Assembly (NCBI GenBank): GCA_963804165.1
Contig: CAWDPO010000012.1
Location: 1 to 64,000, forward strand
Source: an uncultured delta proteobacterium
GTDB lineage: Bacteria > Desulfobacterota > Binatia > UBA9968
Reading direction: 5' to 3'
DNA: 64,000 bases
Shown: positions 48,873 through 59,429 of the stretch, in pieces
Layout of the letters: each line of letters opens with the position of its first letter
How positions within the stretch are numbered: position 1 is the first letter of the stretch
Made by a program: the position numbers and the translations under genes
The notes under the pieces: model-generated
Told to the model about the DNA's origin: nothing
The model's input: the letters and a program-made list of their open reading frames with translations, nothing else
Database searches by the model: none

Positions 48873-50331
48873 TACTACTGTGTTAATAAAATCATGCTAT
48901 TATGCATGGAAATTCGTGTAGGAGGTGAAGATCCATGCCAAAGCTTGCTGAATTCGAACGCTACATCGATCAATTGTGCGAAGTACTGGGTCATCAGGAC
49001 CGTCACGCCGGATTCGCTGATTACAGCCGGGGGTTGATGCTGCCCATCGAACGCAAGAGTGTGGAACCGTTGGCGGCGCACACTGATCCGTTGCATGTGA
49101 GTTCCCAGCACCAATCGCTGCACCACTTGGTGGCAATGTCGGAATGGTCGGATACGGCGGTTCTGGAGCGTGTGCGCAATTGGGTGATGGCGCGGCTTGG
49201 ACACAAGAGCCAGTTTTATTGGATCATCGATGATACCGGTTTTCCGAAAAAAGGGGAGCACTCTGTAGGAGTAGCGCGCCAGTACTGTGGACAATTGGGC
49301 AAACAGGATAATTGTCAGGTGGCGGTTAGTTTGTCGTTGGCCACTGAGCAGGGCAGTGTGCCGATAGAGTTTCAGCTGTACTTGCCGGAAAAGTGGGCTA
49401 AGGATCAGCGGCGTCGGAAAAAAGCCGGCGTACCCAAGGAAGTGAAATTTCTTACCAAGCCCGAGATCGCACTGGAGCAGATCCGAGCGGCGAAAGCCGC
49501 GGGAGTTGCGGTTGGCATCGTGCTGGCAGATGCGGCCTATGGCAATGAAACGGCATGGCGCCAGGGGCTGAGCGAGATAGAGTTGGAGTACTGCGTGGGA
49601 GTGCAATCGAGCACGACGGTGTGGTTGGCGGGCACGGGGCCACTGCCTCCCAAGCCACGAAAGAAAATGGGACGCCCGCCGACGCGGTGGCGGCGCGGTG
49701 TGGGTGCTTCGCCAGGGAGTGTTAAAGCAGTGGCCGAATCCTTGAAAGCGCGCCGCTGGTACACGGTGCGCTGGCGCGAGGGGAGCCATGCGGTGCTGTC
49801 CTCGCGTTTCGCAGCGCTGCGCGTGCGTGCGGCGCATCGTGATGAAAAGCGTAAGACCCTGCGTGAAGAAGAATGGTTGCTGATCGAATGGCCACGCGCT
49901 GAGGCTGAACCGACGAAGTACTGGCTTTCGACGTTGCCCGCTGACACGCCCCTTATAGAATTGGTCAGAGTCGCCAAGATGCGCTGGCGCATTGAGAGGG
50001 ACTACCAGGAATTGAAACAGGAGTTCGGCCTGAGCCATTATGAGGGACGAAACTGGCGTGGCTTTCATCATCACGCCACATTGTGTATTGCGGCGTACGG
50101 GTTCTTGCTGGCAGACCGTCTTAAACATGGCGGCTCTAAAAAAAACTCCACTCAATCAAAAACGCCTTCCCTACCCGCAAATTACACACCTCGCGGGAGC
50201 CCAACGCGCGCAACGTCACCTGCCCGATTCCATCGCCACGCTGCGCTACCGTCTGGCGTGGGCGATCATAAGAAAACTCCCTCGATGTCCCTGCTGCAAC
50301 ATGGTGAATCGGTATTAGTGACACAGTAGTA
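48873..50331 (+). mobile_element. IS701 family element
   Basis: TIR TACTACTGTGTTAATAA / TTAGTGACACAGTAGTA; CTAG duplication at 48869-48872 and 50332-50335. Confidence 0.9.
48935..50329 (+). CDS. IS701 family transposase
   Basis: IIDDTGFPKKG.HSVGVARQYCGQLGKQDNCQ, LADAAYG, RWRIERDYQELK. Confidence 0.95.
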   Translation: MPKLAEFERYIDQLCEVLGHQDRHAGFADYSRGLMLPIERKSVEPLAAHTDPLHVSSQHQSLHHLVAMSEWSDTAVLERVRNWVMARLGHKSQFYWIIDDTGFPKKGEHSVGVARQYCGQLGKQDNCQVAVSLSLATEQGSVPIEFQLYLPEKWAKDQRRRKKAGVPKEVKFLTKPEIALEQIRAAKAAGVAVGIVLADAAYGNETAWRQGLSEIELEYCVGVQSSTTVWLAGTGPLPPKPRKKMGRPPTRWRRGVGASPGSVKAVAESLKARRWYTVRWREGSHAVLSSRFAALRVRAAHRDEKRKTLREEEWLLIEWPRAEAEPTKYWLSTLPADTPLIELVRVAKMRWRIERDYQELKQEFGLSHYEGRNWRGFHHHATLCIAAYGFLLADRLKHGGSKKNSTQSKTPSLPANYTPRGSPTRATSPARFHRHAALPSGVGDHKKTPSMSLLQHGESVLVTQ

Positions 50332-50447
50332 CTAGGTGAAAAGTGACAAAGGTAGTAAGATAGTAACGCTTTTGTTGTCCACGATGTAAGTTCACCCGCA
50401 TGCTTCTCCGATTTAGAAAAGCATCGACGAAGCCTTAGCTGGATGCC

Positions 50448-51752
50448 ATGAATCTCCTTGTCACCAACACCCGCAACTCCCAAGCTTACTCCATCATCCG
50501 AGCGTTGCGCCCCCACTGTGAGAAGCTCGTGGTGACGATGGAGGGAAAAAACCGGCTGATCGCAAGACTTTCCCACGCGGCTAATTCCCGCGTGGTGGAC
50601 AAGCGCTATTACGTCCCTTCGCCTGTAGAAGATTGGCGAGCGGGAATAATCCAGAAACAGAACACGGAGCGGGAAGAGGCTTATATCCAGGCGATTGTGA
50701 AGATCTGTGAACAGGAGAAAATCGATACCATTTTTCCCTCTTTCGATGCCCACGTCTATGTCTTTTCCAAGAACAAGGAGAGGTTCGAAAAGATGGGCGT
50801 GATGATCACGGTTCCAGACTACGAGGCGGTGATAACGCCGCTAGACAAGTATCGGACGATCCAAGCAGCGCAAGAGGTAGGGTTTCCTTGTCCAAGGACC
50901 TTCTTGCCGGAAAATGAGGAGGATCTCAGACGCATCGCTCATGAACTGAGTTTTCCCTTAATCATTAAGCGCCGATTTACCGCAGCGGGCCGAGGCATGC
51001 ACCTAGTCAAAGATCTCGCGGAACTCTCAGACAGGGTAAAACTAAACGAAGGAAACCAAGGCACCCTCCTAATACAGGAATACATCCCAGGCAGGGTTAC
51101 CGAAAGCATTGCTATTACACTGGACAAAAAGGGCGAGCTGAAGATGGTCTTCTGCAGGAAAGCTCTGTGTCGTTTAAGTCGGTTTCGCCGAATTAGGATG
51201 CTGGATTCGCCGCTATCACATCCCTACGCCGCGGATGCCGCGAGACTGATACAGACGCTGGGATGGTGGGGTGGGGTCACGGTTCAAACTGTGATTGACT
51301 CCCGCGACCACACCCCTAAGCTCATGGAGATCAACCCCAGAATTGGAGAGATACTTTGGCAAAGAATACAGGCGGGCATCAACGAGCCTTTGATGATTTT
51401 GAAAATCGCTCGCGGCGAAGAGGTCGAACCGATACGGGAATATCCCGTGGGGATAATATTTGCCGACCCAGTAGAGGACGCGGTGAGCGTTGCTATGGCC
51501 CTTATGGATATCCTGATCTATCGGCTCCGCATTGGGATTCTGGGCAAAGAGCCTATCGACCGGAGCATTCCGGCGATGTCCCTGCGGGAACTCATTCAAT
51601 CTCTAAGGCAGACCTATTTCTCTGACCGTCATAGGGTTTCCAGTCTGTATACGAAGTATTTTTTTCAGGACCCCTTCGTATCGATCATTTGGTGGTTTCA
51701 AATCATGGCCAATCGATGGATACAGAACCGCCCAAGAGACCTTGGGCAGTAA
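50448..51752 (+). CDS. ATP-grasp domain protein
   Basis: DKY.T, FPLIIK, LIQEYIPG, LMEINPR. Confidence 0.88.
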   Translation: MNLLVTNTRNSQAYSIIRALRPHCEKLVVTMEGKNRLIARLSHAANSRVVDKRYYVPSPVEDWRAGIIQKQNTEREEAYIQAIVKICEQEKIDTIFPSFDAHVYVFSKNKERFEKMGVMITVPDYEAVITPLDKYRTIQAAQEVGFPCPRTFLPENEEDLRRIAHELSFPLIIKRRFTAAGRGMHLVKDLAELSDRVKLNEGNQGTLLIQEYIPGRVTESIAITLDKKGELKMVFCRKALCRLSRFRRIRMLDSPLSHPYAADAARLIQTLGWWGGVTVQTVIDSRDHTPKLMEINPRIGEILWQRIQAGINEPLMILKIARGEEVEPIREYPVGIIFADPVEDAVSVAMALMDILIYRLRIGILGKEPIDRSIPAMSLRELIQSLRQTYFSDRHRVSSLYTKYFFQDPFVSIIWWFQIMANRWIQNRPRDLGQ

Positions 51753-51873
51753 CAATTCGGCGCAGAGATAGCTGAGTTTGGGGATTGAAATGAGACAGAC
51801 ACGACTGGCTCGGTCCAGTGATGGTTAACGCCGCTTAGGCTTCAGCACTAGTCTTCTTTGCGATTTTCAAGTG

Positions 51874-51928
51874 TAGGATCGAACTGTATTCTCCTTCTAA
51901 CGGCAGGTCTTCGATAACTGCATGAAGC
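51874..51928 (+). repeat. Cassette-boundary site, left half
   Basis: TAGGATCGAACTGTATTCTCCTTC...CATGAAGC. Confidence 0.7.
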
Positions 51929-52242
51929 CTTAGGCGATACTATAAGGGTTCGAAGCAGAAAAGCGCGGAAACAATTTATCCGGGTCGGACCAAGCTATCT
52001 CCTTGCCACACATGCAGAGGATGAGCTTTTGAAGCATCGGCTACATGCCCAAATATTTTTCTGAAATTCTTTGATGCAAAATTGCACTGCCTTTTGAATT
52101 TCCGCCTTTAGCTGAATGCCGCCATTCTCAAGCAGCTTCTCATAAGGAAAATTTGGAATCTGGAGTGTCTGGCATACTCCGGCACGCACTTTCGGCCAAT
52201 ATCTTACCGCTTTCGGTAGCGGGTGCCGCTTACCTACCTCAC

Positions 52243-52271
52243 TTGACACTGTGACACGCCGTGATTAAGTT
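52243..52271 (+). promoter_or_regulatory. Putative sigma70 promoter of hsp20
   Basis: TTGACA-N17-TAAGTT. Confidence 0.55.
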
Positions 52272-52312
52272 CCCGCTATGTTAAAGAAAAGGTTTAAAAA
52301 GGAGAGCTAATT

Positions 52313-52759
52313 ATGGAACTAGTAAGATGGGATCAAGTGGAGGGGGTAAACAGAATTCAGTCCCGAATCAATGAGCTATTCGAAGACACGTTGGGGCGGA
52401 CACGGGCGCAACAGGGTGCTACCACTGGAGTCTGGTATCCTCCCGTAGACATTCTTGAAAGTAAGGATTCGTATATTATTCGCGCCGAGCTGCCCGGGAT
52501 GAGAAACGAGGACCTCAAAACGGAAGTCAACGAAGGGATGTTGACCCTCAGTGGCGAGAGAAAGTTTGAAGAGCCGGCCAATGGGGTCGAGTACCACCGG
52601 GTCGAGCGCGTTGCAGGTAAATTTTCTCGATCCTTTTATCTGCCGCAAACGGTGAAGCAAGATAGTATCAAAGCGACCTATCGCGATGGAATACTTGAGG
52701 TACAAGTTCCCAAGGCCGAAGAGGCCAAGCCAAGACAGATCGCTATAAGCCTGAACTGA
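52313..52759 (+). CDS. Hsp20/alpha-crystallin small heat shock protein
   Basis: W.PPVDI.E, AELPG, LTLSGER, F.RSF.LP, A.Y.DGILEV.VPK. Confidence 0.95.
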   Translation: MELVRWDQVEGVNRIQSRINELFEDTLGRTRAQQGATTGVWYPPVDILESKDSYIIRAELPGMRNEDLKTEVNEGMLTLSGERKFEEPANGVEYHRVERVAGKFSRSFYLPQTVKQDSIKATYRDGILEVQVPKAEEAKPRQIAISLN

Positions 52760-52788
52760 TTCATCACAAGCCGGCAAACAGCAACGCA

Positions 52789-52821
52789 AAGGGGAAAGCG
52801 CCAGCTTTCCCCCTTGGGTTT
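52789..52821 (+). terminator. Intrinsic terminator
   Basis: GGGGAAAGC-GCCA-GCTTTCCCC followed by a T-rich tail. Confidence 0.6.
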
Positions 52822-53189
52822 CTCATTACACCGTCAAACAACACGTAGCCTGAGTGACGAAGATTAGCAAAAAACATCTCGGATCGACTTCATTCTTTTT
52901 CATGACCGTGGTGAGCAGCGCCAAGGAATTGGCTACCCCTGACCGAGGGCCATGAGCATGTCGAGCAAGAAGTTTAGCGCGGGCCAGGCCCCGGTAACTC
53001 CCTCTTTGGAGGATTCAGGGACGTAGTTGACTAGCTGGAATGACTTCTTCCGAGGCTCTTTGAGGTCGCCGATGTGGAGACCCCAAGCTGCCGCGCTACC
53101 TCGGCTAGAGTCGTTCCGTAGTTCTCAACCAATTTGCGTGAAACCGCTGCTCTCACCGCCGGAATCCTGATTTCCCCCCGACTCATGGG

Positions 53190-53336
53190 TGAGTTAGCCC
53201 CGGTTTGACGGACACCTTAGATAAGGGACAAATAACCTGAAGGGGGTGTTCGATGACCAAGCGGAAGAAATACACATCAGAGTTCAAGCGAGAAGCAGTG
53301 CGGCTGATGGAAAGTTCGGAGAAGCCATCGTCTGAA
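53190..53336 (+). mobile_element. IS3-family left-end remnant
   Basis: IRL TGAGTTAGCCCCGGTTTGACGGACACC; truncated orfA MTKRKKYTSEFKREAVRLM from 53253. Confidence 0.75.
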
Positions 53337-53546
53337 GGCGGCCGCCTGTTTCATCGCATTCGAACCGTGGAAGCAACTTGAGCGGTATCGATTCAAGGGG
53401 GACCTAAAGAAGCTAAAACTGTCGTTGAATGAATCGGTTCTGCTGCAGAGCGCCGGTGGACTGTAAGGCGACTCAAGTGTCATCAAAGGACTTGATTCCC
53501 AATATTCTATCAGCGCATGGAATAGAAAAAAGCAGGAGAAAACAAA

Positions 53547-53804
53547 ATGGATTTCGAAAAAGCAAAGCTGAATCCCGCAGCCGTTTTTAAGACCCCTGAA
53601 GAGATCGTTTCGAGCCAAGAATTGTCGCGCAAACAAAAACTTGAAATCCTTCGGCGATGGGAACAGGACGCGATGTCGATGGAAGTCGCCGAGGAAGAAG
53701 GCATGCCCGGCCCGCAACCCAAATTGCTCCAGCCGATTCGCGCCGCTCTGCACGGCCTCGACTATTGGCCGGATACCGAGCACTCGAGTCCCAGCAAAGC
53801 CTGA
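53547..53804 (+). CDS. Hypothetical protein
   Basis: RBS GGAG; P..VF..PEE....LS..QK.EILRRWE.DA...VAEEEGM. Confidence 0.75.
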   Translation: MDFEKAKLNPAAVFKTPEEIVSSQELSRKQKLEILRRWEQDAMSMEVAEEEGMPGPQPKLLQPIRAALHGLDYWPDTEHSSPSKA

Positions 53805-53878
53805 TGAGTCGCGATGAACTAACCCACTCGGTTCAACGCTGAGGACCGGGACACGGTAAATTAGAAAAGGATTCCTCG

Positions 53879-54088
53879 ATGAGATCTACGAAATCAATCG
53901 GCGCACTCGTCATTTTATTCGCCTCGTTTATTGGATGCACCGCAGCTCCCGACCGTATTCTAAGGAACAAGGCGACGATAATCGCTGTCACATGAAAATC
54001 GAGACTTACGGCGATCCCAAAATGCCAACCGAACGAGAAGTTGTTGATTATTACGGGCCGTGTGATGAACGGCCTGCGAAAAGATGAG
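53879..54088 (+). pseudogene. Frameshifted copy of small lipoprotein 14687-14899
   Basis: Alignable over its full length; small deletion after PDRIL. Confidence 0.75.
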
Positions 54089-54143
54089 ACCAAACCTGAG
54101 ACGCGTCGGCCTTTCAACGAAAAAGTAGCCTGTTCCCTTTTCA

Positions 54144-54400
54144 CCTAGTCCTTAATTCAATTCGCGCCACCGCGTCGCACAGGCACAGAGTCCGCGATCT
54201 GCACACATCGGACATGGCTCTATTATTCTTCGGTGATCAGTCAACTTCAGGGCTTACACAAGGGACACACCATTTCTCTTCGTGTTCACGGTGGCCCACG
54301 CGCTGATTTGCGGTATTCCACTCCGCTCATTTGGCACGCAGCTTTGACTCCTGCGCTGGCGCCCTGCCCTGTCAACCGAGCTATTCCGGCTAGTTAACAA
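54144..54400 (-). repeat. Diverged duplicate of 47505-47762 (5' end and upstream region of the DTW gene)
   Basis: Direct alignment by eye, several indels. Confidence 0.8.
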
Positions 54401-54775
54401 CGCCCTCAACTGGGCAACTAGGTCCGCTGGGTATCTGCGCGAGCAGCGCGATATTTCTTTTCAAGACTGTCCCGTATTGGACAGCAAGCCCTACCGAGTC
54501 AGCGTAGCATAAGACAGTTTAAATGTCCGCGCGGTCAAGGACGATCTCCGGCTCGCGACACCTCAGGGCTGTATAAATGCCGGGCAATATTGAAAAGGAC
54601 AAGACAGACGGTTTCACAAAGACATGACCTTATTAACAACGCGGCACGATGCCGACATGAGACAATCGCTTGGCGGTTCGTCTCGGTGAAGGAAAGGAGC
54701 ACGGTAATAAGTGGAAAAATCGATCAGATCAAAGAGGCAGCGGTTGCGCCATCCATTGTGACAGGAGGACGGACA

Positions 54776-55372
54776 ACGAAACCACGACTACTGGCGCTGC
54801 TCCCGCTCTGCGCGGGGCTGTTGGTGGCGGTGGCGTGCACGGGGCCAGCGGGTCCGGCGGGTCCGACGGGGATGACGGGGCGCCAGGGCTCCACCGGGAT
54901 GACGGGCGTACAGGGCTCTACCGGCATGACCGGCGTGCAGGGCTCGGCTGGGGTAACGGGCGTACAGGGCCCGGCAGGAATCACAGGGGCCCAGGGCGCG
55001 CCGGCGTCGTCGCCGCAGCCGAGGGTTCACTGGACGTTGGTGAAGGAGTTCATGTTCGACTTTGACAGGTCGGACATCCGGTATTCGGAGTCGAGAAAGC
55101 CCGCCGAGGTCGCGGCCTACATGAGCCAGAACCCGTCCGTGCGGCTCGGGCTCGCCGGCTACACGGATAGGCAGAGCACCGATCAGTACAATCAGCCGCT
55201 GAGCCAGCGCCGGGTCGCGACCGTTCGTGACGCGCTGATTCAGGCGGGGGTGGCGGCGGACCGGATCGAGACCGGCACGTTCGGTACGGATCGGTTCATG
55301 TGTAATTCGTCCACCGAGCAGTGTTCGCAGCGCGAGGGGCGAGTCGAAGTGCTGGTCCGCGCCAGCAGCTAG
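54776..55372 (+). CDS. OmpA-family lipoprotein with collagen-like Gly-X-Y repeats
   Basis: Lipobox AVAC, 27-bp repeats (GSTGMTGVQ), FDFD.S, G.TD....YN..LSQRR; start uncertain (ACG after AGGAGG, or 54590/54758). Confidence 0.8.
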   Translation, partial: TKPRLLALLPLCAGLLVAVACTGPAGPAGPTGMTGRQGSTGMTGVQGSTGMTGVQGSAGVTGVQGPAGITGAQGAPASSPQPRVHWTLVKEFMFDFDRSDIRYSESRKPAEVAAYMSQNPSVRLGLAGYTDRQSTDQYNQPLSQRRVATVRDALIQAGVAADRIETGTFGTDRFMCNSSTEQCSQREGRVEVLVRASS

Positions 55373-55553
55373 CACCCGCGGTCGGGGATCTCCTTCGCGT
55401 CCTGTACGCGGAGGAGATCTCAGGTGCCGGGCTTCATCGGCCAAGGTCCACCAAGCGTCATTGCTGCCGTGCTCATAGACATAGGAAAGATGATTGGTGC
55501 TGGCCTGCATATTTGACTGTTGAGTGTGTCGGGAAGTGTGGGAGTAACAGACT

Positions 55554-56084
55554 ATGGGAACTATTGCTAAGCGACTTCTTATAGCCTTTGTAATACCACT
55601 TGTCCTTGCCGGATGCGTGTCTGGTGAGGACGAGAACCAAGAGACTAAGAAGATCGCCGAGAAAGTAAAACGACAGGCCGAACTTTCCGAAAAAGCTGAG
55701 GGCAGTCAGGATATGGTGAAGGACGAGGTTACCGTCCGAAAGGGCGAGAAGGGTCAACCGATTATCGAACAGGTCGGAGAAGCCTCATCTTACGGCCCAG
55801 GTTTCCACGGAAAGAAGACTGCCACCGGCGAAAAATTTAACCAAAATGATCGAACTGCGGCCCATCCGACCCTACCTATGGGAACGCAGGCAACTGTAAC
55901 AAACCTCAAGACTGGAAACTCCGTCGATGTCAAGATTAACGACCGGGGTCCCTACGTCAAAGGGCGTGACATAGATCTTTCAAAACGTGCAGCTAAAGAA
56001 TTGGGTATTACTAAGGAAGGTGTCGCTGCTGTGAAAATTGAGGCAGAAATGGCCCCCGCTGACAAAAGCAAGGAGAAGAAATAG
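55554..56084 (+). CDS. rlpA: RlpA-family lytic transglycosylase lipoprotein
   Basis: LAGC, G.AS.YG..FHGKKTA.GE, TAAHPTLP, INDRGP...GR.IDLS. Confidence 0.88.
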   Translation: MGTIAKRLLIAFVIPLVLAGCVSGEDENQETKKIAEKVKRQAELSEKAEGSQDMVKDEVTVRKGEKGQPIIEQVGEASSYGPGFHGKKTATGEKFNQNDRTAAHPTLPMGTQATVTNLKTGNSVDVKINDRGPYVKGRDIDLSKRAAKELGITKEGVAAVKIEAEMAPADKSKEKK

Positions 56085-56697
56085 CCGGGACAGGCCGAAG
56101 CATGCCTCCGCACGTTTTCCCAAGCGAATACCTTTTCAGCGGTTGCTTTGGTGCCCGTTTCAAGCACTCGCGTATAGTCGCCACCTGCCGTCCATCTAGC
56201 CGACTTTCCAACTGCTCTGACCACCGAATCTCTTCATCCACAGGTGAACGATCCACAAGCTGCCTTCTACGCGCACTCGACCATGGCCACTCGTGCACCG
56301 TCTCCGACAAGCCGGCACGGACCGGATTCTGTAAAACGTAACGTAAGGCAGTGATCAAGTGTTCATCACGCTGAACTGCAAAGCTCTTAAAGCGCCCCTG
56401 CCAAACATGTCCGCTGCTTCCATAATGTTTGTGATAACGACGCACGTGGCTCGTCAGCAGCCACTGCATGAACTGACTCAACGCGGTTTGGTGAGCAGGT
56501 TCGACAACGAGGTGAAAGTGATTCGGCATCAGGCAGTAGGCATAGATGCTTATGGAAAATTTAGCGCAATACTTCTCCAAGTGCTCGAGGTAGGCTTTAT
56601 AGTCGGCCTCGGCACGGAACGTCTGGCGTTGCTGATTGCCCCGAACTATGACGTGATAGAGACGGCCTGGCGCAAATACTCTTGGACGGCGTGCCAT
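56011..56697 (-). mobile_element. REP-associated tyrosine transposase (RAYT, Y1 HUH); native C-terminus probably lost near 56160
   Basis: MARRPR, YHVIVRGN, YCLMPNHFHL, GHVWQGRFKS, YVLQNPVRAG, WPWSS. Confidence 0.88.
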
Positions 56698-57014
56698 GGA
56701 CAGCGCAGTATCGGAAACCGCGCATCGCTGTCACCCTGGTTATCCGGGTATTGGACTAAGGTCCAATATAAAGCTTCTTTTTGTTCCAATAGATTTGTCC
56801 GTAAAGAAGATCCTTGTGGATTAATCAGGCCGACCAGTAATTGTCGCTGCCTAACGGCGGCTCACTTAATAGGTAGCTCTCAGAAATCGTAAAAAACGCA
56901 TACGCCAAACAAAGGAGACCAAGAACCTGTACCCGCCCCTGTTGTTACTGACATCTTCAAAATGGGCGCTGGCGTTTCAAACCGGTTGGAGTCATAAATT
57001 CTAGAGCGCTGCTC

Positions 57015-57974
57015 ATGGCTTCGACCAAGGCAATTAACCCCGGTGGAGGGGTCGAAATGGAAGCGAAGAAAACAGTTCATATCACTTGGGAGGACGCCCA
57101 TCGGGCAGAGACGGAGCGAGACAAGGCGAGACAGACATGCTGCCGATCCATACCGCCAAATCGATTGAAACTTACCACCGTTTACGATTCTAGAGACCTC
57201 CGTAGACTAAAAGCTTCGGCGTTGCGTCTCTGGGACGTGACGTTTAACCACAGGGTTGGGGCATCGGGCTATAAGGGGAAAACCCTTTTTAGTCCTGCAG
57301 GGGTCGAGAGAATCACAGAGTGTTCAAAAGGGTTACCCCGGCTCGTCAACGCAATTTGCGACAACGCGGCGTCGACGGAAACAAACGTGGCAGGGACAAA
57401 TTCTCAACCGTTGGAGAACCGACATAAAGCCGAGGCGGAGGAAGCCCAACGAACGCAATTCGGAGAGGATGAGCTTCGAGAGATTTGTTTTAAGCGTGGC
57501 TTGACGAAATCGGCAGTCGGGATATTCCTGGGGGTCATTTTACTGGCCGGTGTCGGGACGGTGTCCTATTCGCAACAGAGCAAAAGCTATTTGTCCCATC
57601 TAGCTGTGAAGTGGGGAGCTATCGCTCAGCGCGCCGTACGCCATACTTCTGACCTAGAGGTGATGGTTGAGAGCTCGAAGGCGCAACCCGTCGAGCCGCG
57701 ACTCTCTTCAACAAATCAGGAACCTGTTCAACCTGACGATCGAGAAAGCACGGCGACAAGACCGCGGGACTATTTGGGTAACTTTGAAGTCGTCGACGAT
57801 TCCTTCGTTCGCGATAACCCTCAACCGAATGCCACCGTCATCGCGACTCTCCCGCCCGGTACGCAGGTTAGGGTAGAAAGCAAAACAGGAGAGTATTTCC
57901 GTATCCGCTCATTGCACGATCCGGAGGTTATCGGTTATGTGCATAAAGAAGACGCCTTCTTTCAACCGCATTAA
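57015..57974 (+). CDS. Chimeric or degenerate protein: ExeA-like AAA lid fragment, TM helix and SH3-like domain
   Basis: FSP.GVERI...SKGLPRLVNAICDNA; VRDNP..NA.VIATLPPGTQV...GYV. Confidence 0.6.
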   Translation: MASTKAINPGGGVEMEAKKTVHITWEDAHRAETERDKARQTCCRSIPPNRLKLTTVYDSRDLRRLKASALRLWDVTFNHRVGASGYKGKTLFSPAGVERITECSKGLPRLVNAICDNAASTETNVAGTNSQPLENRHKAEAEEAQRTQFGEDELREICFKRGLTKSAVGIFLGVILLAGVGTVSYSQQSKSYLSHLAVKWGAIAQRAVRHTSDLEVMVESSKAQPVEPRLSSTNQEPVQPDDRESTATRPRDYLGNFEVVDDSFVRDNPQPNATVIATLPPGTQVRVESKTGEYFRIRSLHDPEVIGYVHKEDAFFQPH

Positions 57975-58045
57975 ATGAGGATACATTTCCGTCGAGTTGA
58001 CGGTTAAAAGGGAGAAATGTTTTTGTTGGTTAATTTTGCGCTTAT

Positions 58046-58119
58046 TGAGATTGAACTGAATTCTCCTTCTGCTTAATCCCCCGCCAGATTTCATTGACGC
58101 GTCGATCAGTTCAATCTCA
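58046..58119 (+). repeat. Complete cassette-boundary site (74 bp)
   Basis: TGAGATTGAACTGA...TCAGTTCAATCTCA, perfect 14-bp inverted repeat. Confidence 0.85.
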
Positions 58120-58603
58120 GGCTGAATCTGGTCGAATGCCTTCCATCGTAAATCTGACCTTTCTCCACCTGTGCTCTACGATCCGGGTGACCCAGCAAAG
58201 ATAGCCGAGTTTAAGGAGACACAGGCCGCAGCTCAAGGGTTACTTTGGGAGTCCAGCGGTCAGTGCCGTGAGCGCGCAGAGCGCAAACCCACGATGTGAT
58301 AGTCTTGATGAAATTCACCAAGCATGGCAGTACCTCCTTTCCAAAAATTGCCAACGCCTGACGAATATCTGTTGTCTAAATGCTCCGAGTCTATCCGTAA
58401 TCATGGCTTTCTAGTTGGTCAAGACCTGAAAGCCTAGAAGTGGCAACATGTTGAACGTTGCCGGTCTCCATGAAACCTTCCGACATACCGTATCCGCAAG
58501 CTCGCCACATTTGACAGTTTAATATAGGCGGGGTTATACCTGCGCCATTCACCGCAACAGAGACTCGCCGCGACTTTACGTGAGATTAGCCAAGGAGAGC
58601 CAA

Positions 58604-59121
58604 ATGCCTTACGCCGAATCTTTGAGAGCAATCGGTCAGTCCCTGGAAATGGTGCATATTGAGAGCTTTAGGCTGGAAAAAGAAGGCGATTCTTATGTAG
58701 TGCGGAGCGAGTCTCTAACACCGGCCCGGCTATGGATCTTGAGCAATAGTCTCGCCGAGGACGTTAGGGACTCTCCACCCCTGACCCGAAAACCACCCAG
58801 CTCACTGTGGGTGAGGGATGGTTCTGTTACCGTCCTCCTGATATTGCAAGGCTTGACGCCCAGGAACGGAGAAAAAGACAAAATCACGGTGTCACACAAA
58901 TGCCTCAGAAGACGCTAGCTCAGCTTTTACGTACTCTAGGTGAGTACCTGGATACAAAGGAGGCGACCACTTTTCACATCTCGTGTGCTCCTGATTCGAT
59001 GTCGGTTGATTATCAAATGCCGGCCGGCATCTCTGAGCGCAAAGATTTTACCGTCGAGCGACTCCACAAACTCGCTTTGTACTCGAGATTCCGGCGGGTG
59101 CAGCCAACCGATTCTCACTGA
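58604..59121 (+). pseudogene. Frameshifted hypothetical protein with an internal repeat (LRAIGQ.LE / LRTLGE.LD)
   Basis: RBS AAGGAG; two overlapping ORFs joined by a shift near the C run at ~58775-58782. Confidence 0.55.
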
Positions 59122-59190
59122 AGAAATTTGTGTCCGCGAAGAAACTCAAACTTAGCGCGTAATCGATCGCGGTAAGCGTGCGGCCTAACG

Positions 59191-59216
59191 CTGAAATCGA
59201 ACTGAATTTTCCATCA
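59191..59216 (+). repeat. Cassette-boundary site, left half
   Basis: CTGAAATCGAACTGAATTTTCCATCA. Confidence 0.6.
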
Positions 59217-59429
59217 AACCAATTGTCCTTGCTTTCACGCAACTCTGTGACTGCTGGCGCCGCTCTTTGTTTCCCACTTTGAACTTACGTGGAGGGAAAA
59301 ACCATTGTGCATCGATCATTGCGACCAGTAACTGGCGACCGGTTTGATTCCGAAAGGCAGCAACTGGCTCATCGTGAGTCTTGCTCCGCAATTTTCCAAG
59401 TCGACACTACGCTGACGCAAATTTCGGAA

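Noticed and set aside
48875-50155. 426-aa antisense ORF
   Set aside because: Shadow of the IS701 transposase with no independent motifs.
48593-58119. Canonical integron attC sites
   Set aside because: AAC/GTT are present, but the R boxes are GTTCAAT with no recognisable L box or extrahelical bases and no intI. Retained as a distinct unknown site.
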